A stretch of 63,973 bases of DNA from Octopus bimaculoides (lineage: Eukaryota): assembly GCF_001194135.2 (NCBI RefSeq), contig NC_068989.1, positions 85,845,111 through 85,909,083 on the forward strand, read 5' to 3'. A program made the position numbers and the translations under genes. How positions within the stretch are numbered: the first letter of the stretch is position 1; each line of letters opens with the position of its first letter. The notes under the pieces are model-generated. The model searched no databases and was not told the DNA's origin. It saw only the letters and a list, made by a program, of their open reading frames with translations. Below are positions 12,401-24,298 of the stretch, piece by piece.

Positions 12401-15400
12401 TTACCAGCAGAGATAGGAGCTATCTAAACTTTGCCCAGGCTATTCTTATTCTAGCAGCTATGCTCACAGAGCATCCACCCCTGCTACTGACTTGGTGACC
12501 TAGGTAACAGAAGCTATCAACTACTTCTAGTTTTTTCCCCTGGCATATGATGGAATCTGTTTTCTGTACATCTTAGGTGTTTATTGCTCCTGAGCATCTG
12601 CCACACACAAAAACTATCTTCCCAATTAACCTTCCTTTGATATTACTGCACTTCCTATGTGTCCATAACTTATACTGGGTACATATTATGGAGTTTCTGC
12701 AGATCAAGCAGGGCCCATCTACCTGAAGGGTTTGTGATTTGTCTGCCTTCCTACTTACTAAGACTTTGGTTTTAGCTAGGTTCACTCTTAGGCCCTTTGA
12801 TTCTAGACCTTGCTTCCATACCTGAAACTTCTCTAGCTCTGGTGGCGACTCAGCTATTAGAGCAAGTTCATCAGCATAGAGGAGCTCCCAGGGGCAGCCC
12901 ATCTTGGTGAATTCCTCTGTTATTACCTGGAAGACTATAATGAATAAGAGGAGGCTGAGGATTGATCCTTAGTGAAGCCCTACTTTTACCCAGAATTCTT
13001 CACTATACTTGTTGCCAACCCTCACCTTACTGACAGCATCCCTGTACATGGCTTGTACAGTTCTCACCAGCCACTCATCTATCCCTAGTTTCCACATTGA
13101 CCACCAGATGAGGGATCGAGGGACCCTGTCAAAGGCTTTATAATAAAATAAATGCATGCAAATTATAAAAATAATTTAAAAAAAAAATATACACTGCAGT
13201 ATTATTTCTACTTTGTGGATTTTCACCTATTCGGAAGTTTTGGGACGTAACAACCGCTATAGTTGAGGGATTACTGTATATATATATATGAATATTGTGT
13301 ATGTATGTATATTTATAATTTCAGATTCAAGGGTTTTTGCAGTTCGTGAAGAAGATATATGCTAACTTGCCCAATTACTTGCACAAGATATTTGAACCTC
13401 GACAGCAAATAAAAGTGAAAGATATCACAGAGGTGAATGTTGATGTCTATCTTCAGGAGATCTTCACAGTTACCACTATTATGACAGACAAAAAAAATGC
13501 TGACAATCAAAGTGTATCTGTAAGTTTACTTAGTTGTTGCACTTCTCATTGTTATTGTTGTTGTTCTCTGTCTCTTTTTTGCATCATTCATATATACCTG
13601 TCTCTATGTTATACCAAACCATACTGGTTACATGTTATACTGGAATGCACAAAATGCCTACAGATCTCACCAGAATACTCTGTTGGATTATATTGTCTTG
13701 TGTTACAGCAGACTACACTAAATATCTACATTTTACTCCTGACCACACCATGTGGCTACATCCTACACCTGACTGCAATAGATGCTTGCATGTTACATCA
13801 GAATACGCTAAATGCCTAAATCTTACACCAGAATACACTAACTGTCTACATGTCACATCAGACTACATTAAATGCCTACATGTTATACCAAACCAAATTA
13901 CAGATCTTTCTAAAGCGTCTATATTTTATTTGTTTCCAATTTTAGTACAACATAATTCCACGAGCTGTTCTGTCCCTCAAAGTCCTCGCTGAGCTTCCAA
14001 TTATTGTGGTTCTTATGTACCAAATCTATAAACCCAGTGTTGACTATGATGTCTCAGAACTCATACCTCTCATAATGAACACCATCACTCTTCAGCCTCA
14101 AGCCCAGCTTCGGTAAGTTGTTTTTTCCTCCTCAGTTACACCCTGAGATGTCTTGTTCATGTCATGAGTTAGTTCAACTGTAAATCAGGCTCTCTGATCG
14201 TCTGTGAATGTTACCTGCGATTGACTGCTGTACTATCCATGGAGGAAGACTTCCTTCATCATCTCAGAACAGAACATTTTATTCTACATTACCTTCAGTT
14301 CATATTTATCAGAAAAAATAGGTACCAGATTATTTTGGGATGATGTTACCTGTATTAGACTGGTGTCTTATTCAGGTGGAAGATTTTTCTCTGACTGTTC
14401 CCATTGGTTTGACTAGCATTCTCTGTTACTTCTTTAGACTACACAAAATATTCTATATAACAGCTCACATGTATGTCAACAGGAATGAGTACCAGACAAT
14501 TTGGAGGAAGTAACCTCTTGTAGACTAGTGTCTTATCCAGAGGGTGATTTATTTCTCATTCTGTGTTTTGTTTTCAGGTCAGAACACTTTGTATCTATTC
14601 TATATTACTTCAGTTCACCTACTGTAGCTTTCAGGAATATATAATGAATCATCTGGAGGAGTGTACAGTGTTTTATAAAATAGATAACATTTTTTGCCAT
14701 ACATTCCCCCAGGGTTGTAGGATCATTAAATTTAGTACCAGTCAGGTACTGAGGATAGATAACATTGAACCCTTTTCTCTCCTTTTGCAACCTCAAAGTG
14801 AAATTAGAAATCTTTGTAATATTCCTTCTATATTAATATTTAATTTTTATTCTACTCCAGCAATAATCCAGCTTTTAACAAAGAAGTGTTTGTGGACTTT
14901 ATTGGTGCCCAGATCAAGACCCTGTCTTTTCTTGCATATATCATCAAATCTTACCAAGTAATTACAAACAAGCTTTCTTTTCCTTTTCTTTGTTGCATTT
15001 CTTTTTACTACATTATTTACATTTGACGGATAATTGTTTTGAAGCTAAACTTATTTTGACCTTCTCTCTGATGTAAAATTTAGCAATCTTCTTGTTTTCT
15101 TTACTTTGTTAATCCCTCCATTTCCCCTGTGTTATCTGGGAGCCAAAAATTATTTCTAATTAATTTTACATGGTTTGTATTTGAAAATGTTACTAATAAC
15201 GGCTCATTTGTTTTATTTAAATACTCATAGGATCAAGTATCCCAGAATTCCCAGCAGTTGGTACAAGGACTGCTTGGTTTGTTTACACTGTGTCCGCCTG
15301 AAGTTGCTCATTTACGCAAGGAACTATTGATTGCCGCACGTCACATACTCACCACTGATCTACGCAACAGTAAGTCACCTTTTCTTGGCTTCGTTTCTTT

Positions 15401-15738
15401 TCCATTTTTTTTTGTGTATCGTAGCAGTTAGCTGATAGAATTTTTATTCACAGACTCCCTCTGTATGCTTGTATGTATGTAAGAACCCTTATCTTGACAT
15501 ATAGTTGTAAAATAAGCATCACCATCATACAAGCTACGTTTGACATTTCCAGTCTTCGGTGTAAAACGTGTCTGGCCATGGGGAAATATCACCCTTCTTG
15601 GCAACAGGAAAGGCATACAGTTGTAGAAATTCCGTCTGACTCCATGCAAGCACAGAAAAGTAAACATTAAACTATGGTGATGAGTGTTTGTGTGTACATA
15701 TGTATATATCTTTGTGTGTGTTTATATGCATCTGTATG

Positions 15739-15811
<73 letters not shown>

Positions 15812-18800
15812 GCCCGTGTCTAGTTGTGTTATAACTGTTTATTCTTTCTGACACCAACTACCAAAACATTTTACTTTTTGTTTTTCTTCCAGAATTTGTT
15901 CCCTGTATTGAAAAAATGTTTCAGGAGAATGTAGTGATCGGCAGTGGTTGGACAGCACAAGAATCTCACAGGTTTGTATAGTTTGGCTTGCTGTAAAAAC
16001 TTTTCTCATTTCGTACTGTTCAGAGCAGTGGTTCTCAACTGGGATCCACGTGACCCTTGAGAGTCCATATAAGACTTTGCTGTTAAGATTTGTGTGCCAT
16101 GAACTGATTATTCTTCTACAAGACACAAAATGTTTTAATAATTTTTTTAATACAATTCTTAATAATATTTAATTATAAAAATATGATATTGATGTCTGTG
16201 GGAGTCTCACCATCATCATCATCATTTAACAACTGCTTTCCATGCTGGCATGGGTTGGATAGTATAACAGGAGCTGGCTAGACAGAAGACTGCACTAGGC
16301 TTCAGTGTTTGTTTTGGCATGATTTTTTATGGCTGGATATCCTTCCTAACATCAGCCACTCCGCGGAGTAGATTGAGTGCTTTTTATATGGCACCAGCAT
16401 GGGCAAAGTCAGTTTTGTCATGGTTTTTGCAGCTGGATGCCCTCCCAAAGGCCAACCACTTTACAGTGTGGACCAGGAATCAAAAAGGTCCATAGGCAAA
16501 AATGGTTGAGAACCGCTGGTTTAGAGAAATGAAGTGCTATGGAATGTAGCACTACTATTAGTGTCTGTTTTTCCCTCTTCTATTTCAAAAGTGATTTATT
16601 TTCTCTTTGTAATTTCAGGCCACTTGCTTATAGCACTTTAGCTGACTTGATTCACCACGTGCGCCAAAATCTGCCCCTTAATGATCTCTCTTTGGCGGTG
16701 AATGTTTTTGCCAAGAACGTACATGATGAGTCCCTGCCAAGCAGTATACAGACGATGTCCTGCAAACTGCTTCTCAATCTTGTGGAATGCATTCGGACCA
16801 AGAGCGATCAAGAGAGTGGCAATGTAAGGCCCCCACTTTTCTTCTCTTTCTCATATAATACACTTTATAATATACAGCTGCAAATGAATAGAACTCTCGT
16901 TAACCAGATTATTAAATTTACTTCCTCATGGAACTTATTTTCAACTTGGATTGATTGAGTCATTAAGAGCTGAATGTTGTTGTTTAACCTCAAGTAAGGC
17001 TTGACTGAGTAGTTTTATTATCATAGAAATTCTGTTTTAGGCATGCTGTTTCTTGGATTATATTAATTAATGTGTCCTCCTCCTTTTTAAGAAGATAGGA
17101 GGTAATTTAAGGGAGATTTGACTGCTATCTCAAGCAGCAAATTTGCATAGTTGTTAGAATATCAGTATTGTCTTAAATTTAAACTTCAGTTTAAATCCTT
17201 TAAATACTTAGGATTTTGGTTATGAATAGATCTGAGTTTTTATTTATTTGTAAATTTTAAATAAAGGAAATATAAATTAGAATTGAATTTCCCTTCTCTA
17301 GTGGAGACAATTTTTCTGCTTGATACGATTCCTGTACTCTTATGAAGAAACTGGCTGTACATTGTCCTTGATAATGTTTGTAGTAATATGATTCTCCGCA
17401 AATCACAACAGTCATCATCATCGTCATTTAATGTCTGCTTTCCATGTTGGCATGGGTTGGACAGTTTGACTGAGGTCTGGCAAGCCGGGAAGCTGCACCA
17501 GGCTCCAGTCTGATCTGGCAAGATTTCTACAGCTGGATGCTCTTCCTAATGCCAACCACACTGAGAGTGTAGTGGGTGCTTTTCACATGCCTGCCTTTCA
17601 TTTTCAGGAATTGGTCTGTATCATCTAATGTTTCTTTGTTGTTTTAAATACAGTAAGTTGTGATTGGAGGAGGGATTCAGCTTGTTATTTCTGGCAGTTT
17701 TAGTGACCATGTAGAAAATCTTCAGTAGCTCATGTCAACCTTGTATTGTCATGATGTTTAACTTTTGTTTTTCTTTTTCAAACACAGGGCCGTGAATTGT
17801 TTATGAGAATGTTGGAGGTTTTTGTTTTGAAATTTAAAACAATTACCAAAATTCAGCTTCCACAGATCCTCCAGAAATGGTAAGAACATCAGTTTTGCTT
17901 ACATGCTCCTTTTTCATTCTTTGGGGGTTTTAAATTTCATATAGTGGCAAGCAGGCAAAACCATTAAATTTGCGAGTGTTAGGATTAAATATGTATGCGA
18001 TCAAGCGTCATCGCATAACTAACATTCAACCGCACTCATATATATTTATGCATGTATGTATATGCCTACATATTCATATGGATGCATGAGATACGTATAT
18101 ATGTGTGGGAGCTATATATTTCTAATCATACCTATTCTATTTGTAGTCGACAGAGTCAGCTGAATGCAGAGAAGTGTGCAGCAGATAGCAATGCCAAACC
18201 AGATGTAAAGACTCCAGAAATTACAACAGTTGATGTAAAACCAATTCTTCTGGAAATAAAAGAAAAGGAGGAGAAGGTAGGAGAAATGTGTTTGTCTCTA
18301 TTGAAGATTGTTTGGAAGGGAGCTATTTATATGCCAATTTAAAAGACTGAGGTATCATGGCAAAGAGCATCGGAAATCTGTGATAAAAATATCTTTGAGA
18401 TAAAATTTGTCTGTTACTTGTGTCACTGAGGACAGCAGTAGATCTCCTCTATTTCCCATACAATGTTATCTGTATAACTAAAATGTCTATACACTCCACC
18501 TATACAACTTTCCAGGCAGTTTGGCATCAACATTCATCATTCACGCATATTGTTTATCCACCTCTTGGTATCCATCATGCTCCCACCTCTATCCTCTCTA
18601 GTGTTGGTGCCATAGTACAAGGCATGCAGTTAGGTGTTGTCAAAGATACAAGAACCTCCTTAATGCTGATATCACAAATATAAAAAAAAAAACTCATTCT
18701 ACACTTGTAGCAGCTGGAATATTCCAAACCGCATGTTTGGTTTCAGTGATGACTGAGTCTAATGTACTTCCAGCTGATGGATACATACATGTACACACAT

Positions 18801-21800
18801 ACACATGTACACACATACACATGTACATGTATTCGTGTATGCATACAGACAGTGCCCCCCCCACCTGGCTCCTGTACTGGTGGCAAGTAAAAAGTACCAT
18901 TCATATGTGGTCAATGCCAGTGCTGGCTCCTGTGCTGGTGGCACGTAAAAAGCACCCATTACACTCTTGGAGCAGTTGGTGTTAGGAAGGGCATCTAGCT
19001 GTAGAAATATTGCAAGATCAGATTGGCGCCTGGTGCAGCCTACTGACTTGCCAGACCTCAGTCAAACCGTCCAACCCATGCCAGCATGGAAAACAGGCAT
19101 TAAATGATGATGATTATATATATACATACATGTATATCATCATCATCATTTAACGTCCATTGTCCATGCTGGCATGGGTTAGATGGTTCGATCGGGGCTG
19201 CACAAGACACCAGTCTGATTTGGCATGGATTCTACAGCTGGATGCCCTTCGTAACGCCAACCACTCTGAGAGTGTTGCAGGTGCTTTTTACATGCCACCA
19301 GCATGGATGCCATTGACCTGACACAAGCATCAGCCATATATATCATCATCATCATCATTTAATGTCCATTGCCTGTGCTGGCATGGGTTGGACAGTTTGA
19401 CCAGGGCTGGTATACTGGAAGGCTGCACCAGACTCCAGTCTGATTTAGCATGGTTTTCTATGGCTGGATGCCCTTCCTAATGCCAACCACTCTGCTATCT
19501 GAAATGATCCTTGACCAACTAATGCTAGCAGGGAAAAACTACTCTTAAATGAATATAGAATAGCATTTGAAAGTAAACCAAGTACACTGGCCCTGTTTAA
19601 TACCACCACTTCCAGGGTTTACTCCGTTACAATATTCAGACAAAATCTTCAGTTTCCTTCTAACCGTGTTTTGTCAGTAGATGTTTAGCCTTATCTTCAG
19701 CAGTATCAGGCTCGCTGGCATATGATGGTCTGAAAATGTCATATGCACTAGCTTCTCCCAACATGACCAACTTATTGTAAAACAATAACAAGAAACATTT
19801 TAGTGATTGTGCTGTTTATCATCACTCATTGTGTCTTTCTTTTCTCTCTTACAGACTGCTCGGTTTGGAGTGTCCGCAACTCCGTACACAACATATTCTG
19901 TGGCGGACTGCCGAAGCCTTGTGAAGACGTTAGTGTGTGGCGTGAAGACTATAACCTGGGGTTTAATAGCATGTAAAGGAGGGCCAGATTTAAACAAACA
20001 GTTCCTGCCTAAAGAGATATTAGTTTTCATCCGCCTCGTGCGCTATGCATTACAGGCTCTGGATATTTATACAGTGAATCTCTCGTCTACAGGACAGGCC
20101 ATGGTCAGACCTGCTGTGTAAGTTATCATTTCAGGCATTTGGCCATCTTCGTTGTTTTTCTCTCTCTCTCTCTCTCTCTTTCAATTTTATTTTTTCGCTA
20201 TTAGAATGTCATACGTGCACTCCTTGTACATTTGACAGACATATACATACGCATTTCCACATGCATTGGCTCAGTCATTTATGCTTCATTTGTAAAGGCG
20301 CGTGGCTTAGTGGTTAGGGTATTCGGCTCGCAATCATAAGGTCATGAGTTCAATTCCTGGCAGCACATTGTGTCCTTGAGCAAGACACTTTATTTCACAT
20401 CGCTCCACACCACTCAACTGACAAAAACGAGTTGTCCCTGTATTTCAAAGGGCCGGCCTTTGTCACATTCTGTGTCACGCTGAATCTCCCTGAGAACTAC
20501 GCTAAGGGTACGTGTGTCTGTGGAGTACTCAGCCACTTGAATGTTAATTTCATGAGCAGGCTGTTTTGTTGGTCAGATCAACTGGAATCCTTGTTGATAT
20601 TAACTGACGGAGTAGTGCCAGTTTGTTACACTCACTCGTACACATACACTCTGTCACATACACAGTCAAGATTATCCCACTTTTCTTTATTCCGTGTTTG
20701 TAAGTTTTTTACTTCAGTTCTTCCCTGTTCTCAGCAATGTCTCCTTTTTTTACAGAGGTCAAAGTGTCAGGACAAAAGAAGAGAAAGAAGTACTTGAACA
20801 CTTTGCTGGTGTGGTAAGTAATATAACTTATGCATACACAGTAATCCCTTGCCATGTTGCGGTTCACCGATCGCGGTTTATTATTTAAGCTTACATCAAT
20901 TCCTCCGTGGTGTTGTTTTGTATTTATAATAAGATAAGATAAATATATACAAATTATAAAAATAATTTTAAAAAAATACAGTACAGTACTGTTTCTACTT
21001 TGCGGATTTTCACCTATTGCGGGGTATTTTGGAATGTAACACTCACGATAGTCGAAGGATTACTGTATACATACACACACATACACGCATGCAATAATAG
21101 CTACTATACCTGTCGCTGTGAAGGCACATGGCTCTGATTACAGGGTCAGGCTTACAATCATGTGGTAGTGAGTTTGGTTCCTGGACAGGGCTGTGTGTTG
21201 TGTTCTTGAGCAAGACACTTTATTTCATGTTGCGCCAGTTCACTCAGCTGTAGAAATGAATTGCGATATCACTGGTGCCAAGCTGTATCGGCCTTTGCCT
21301 TTCCCTTGGACAGCATCAGTGGCACGAAGAGGGGAGGCTGGTATGCATGGGTGACTGCTCGTCTTCCACAAACCACCTTTCCTGGATTTGTGCCTCAGAG
21401 TGGAACTTTCTAGGGACAATCCCATGGTCATTCATGACTGAAAGGACTCTTGTTCCCTCTCTCTGAAGCTTTTCTCTCTTTTTATTGCTGTCCTCAAGTA
21501 TTTGTACTTTTTCTTTGCAGTTTACAATGATGAATCCACAGACATTCAAAGAAATCTTTTCTATCACAATAGAGGTGAGGACCATTATCATTTTTATTTT
21601 TTTTTGTTTTAATTTTGATTTTCACTTCCCATTGATTCTCTTTGGTTTTGCTGTTTAGCCCTGAGTTAACCCTGATTGAGAAACTATGATCAAAGGTGTT
21701 CTAGATGTGGCCATCCTGTCTTTTTATATATCCGGGATTACATTATCCAATGTTTCTCTCTTCATTTAAGACGACAGAATGTTAGTGGAGGAAGTTTGGC

Positions 21801-24267
21801 TGCTACTTCTAGCACGTTGAGTGATTGCATAGAAACTTTCATGTTGAAAAGATTCTACATTGCCTTCAGATATAAAACCAGATCTCAGTTTTCTTGAGGA
21901 TCTCTCCTGGTAAACACACATCCTCTACATAGCAAAGACTGCATTTCAGAAACTAGTCCTTCTCTTCAGAACCTGGAAACACTAAAACCCTCTGCAACTA
22001 CTAACTCTTTCTGAAGGTAATGTGAGAACCACTGTGGAGTACTGCTCCCACATCTGGACAGTACAGCACTGTCCAAGACGCGAGAATGCATTCAAAGAAA
22101 GATCACCTGACTGGTTGACATAAAACCCATCACCAACACACTCCAACTTTTCTCCATCCGACTCATTGTCTCTTCTCTCTGCTTTTTCTGTCACTGCTAC
22201 TACACTGGCTTCCATTTCTTGAAGCTGAATGATGTCCTGTCACCCTAACTGAACCACTCCTGATTCACTCATCTCTTTTCCTTTTCTGCCATATTGTGTT
22301 CACCTTTCCATGCTCCTCATTAACCAATATTCTGTTGTACTTTCTTCCCAGAAAGCAACCATTGGAACTTCCTCTCTGTACATGTTTTCTCTTACAGTCA
22401 TTGACTTGCAGCTGTTCAAGACAAACATCCATATCAACCTACACCAGTCATGGTCCCTTTCTCTAACCCAAACCAATAAAAAATGCAGGATAGCCATGCA
22501 GTACATACCCATCTCCTTGTCACCACCGCCCCCTAATTACTGGAGTAGTAGTTCCATAACATTGTTAGTTAAATGAACTCCCAATCTTTCAGTTGGTTGT
22601 CTGACATTCTATCAACTCAGCCATCTGAAACTGCCACAATCATGTGACCACCATGTGACCCTACCGACATATGAGTTACAAAGGAGCTTCTTTATGATCA
22701 CTCCACACTCTACTATCTTAAAAGGGTAAAGGGATCTTAGGTGATGGGCGTGGTCAATGCTAGAATGGTTTCCCCCCCTTTTTCAAATACACTCTCACTC
22801 ATTTGATGGGGCTTTTTCCTTTTCCTTTCTGTACTTTGTCTTTTAAGTCATTTGGCAACCTCACTGGGGCTGTTGTCATGTAAAAAAATATCCAATACAT
22901 TCTATAAAGTGGTTGACATTAAGAAAGAGCATCTGGCTGTAGAAGCTATACCAAATCTGACATTGGGACCAGACACGGCTCAGCAGCTTGTTAGACTCTG
23001 TCAAACTGTTCAAATCATGCCCGCATGGAAAACAAATGATGATGATGTCTGCTGGATCAGTTGATATGGAGGGAAACACCAACAGTAGGTATATAGAAAC
23101 AGTCTGGATCAATCTTTTGAGTACACTGTACAGTTTTCTACCAGATGGAACCATCATGTTTTTGGAGCATTGTCCTAATAACACTCATGTTTCTATTCCC
23201 TTTACACTTCATTCATGTATTTCATTTTATATTTCCAGTACATGGTTGACCGTATCCATAACAATTATGCACTCCAGGTAAGATATTCATTGTAAATCTT
23301 GTGTGTGTGTGTGTGTACTGAAGTTGTTTTAACCCTTGGCATTTAAACCAGCCATGTCTGGTTAAAATATTCTGCTTGTTTGACGATCAAATTGGATAGA
23401 TTCAGCCTCTCACACCTACCTTACAATATCATTTGAAAAATAAACAATCACATTATTGAAATCTAACTTCAAGTTATTGTAAGATAAAGCCATTTCCACT
23501 TAAAAACTGTGAAATTTTCAGTATGTGGTGTTTTTCAATGTTTGAAGTGGAGATTGATTTACTGTTATGGCTTCAGCAAGTAGTGATTCTGGCTTTGTCC
23601 TCAAAGAGTTACAAGAATGTAGAAGAAAGTAATAATAACTTGTCTTTGGATAAATCAGATATGGATGTTTCTGAATTTTCATCTAATGAGGAAGAGTATT
23701 TTGATAGCTAAAATGATGCTTTTCAGGACATCATTCAAAACATTATGGCAACATGGTTAAACACTACAACACCAGGGCACCTTCCTGATTTTATTGAAAA
23801 TGCATAATTGTAAATAATCGGTATTGGTTTTAAACATCTGCTGACAATATTTCAAGTCTGCTTGTAAGAAATTTACAAAGTTACAAACATTGTTGACACC
23901 CTCTGTCTTGAGTATGATTAATTCAAGACAATGTGAATAAATAAGCATTACATTACATGACTAGTGACTGAGACCTTTGGCGATATGCTGTACCTGAGAA
24001 GACCCATCAAGCCAAGTGAAATCGTATTTGTGACTGATGCTGGCATCATATAACTGGCACCATTTGAGTGTTGGGCCTCATGGAGGCAATGTGGCCAATG
24101 CCAGTGGCACTTACAAACATCCATTACACTCTTGGACTGGTTGGAGTTGAGAAGGGCATCCAGCGATAGAAACCATGCCAAATCAGACTGGAGTCTAGTG
24201 CAGCTCCTCAGCTTTCTAGCCCTGGCCAAACCATCCAACTCATGCCAGCATGGACAATGGATGTTAA

Positions 24268-24298
<31 letters not shown>

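Noticed and set aside
13337-13819. 160-aa ORF extending exon 6 through the intron
   Set aside because: Strong GTAAGT donor at 13520; the extension has no TRRAP similarity and ends in a stop.
20735-20755. Alternative upstream acceptor (tcag|caatg) for exon 15
   Set aside because: It would add 21 nt (in frame) of pyrimidine-rich sequence that looks like the tract of the 20755 acceptor; not testable without RNA data.
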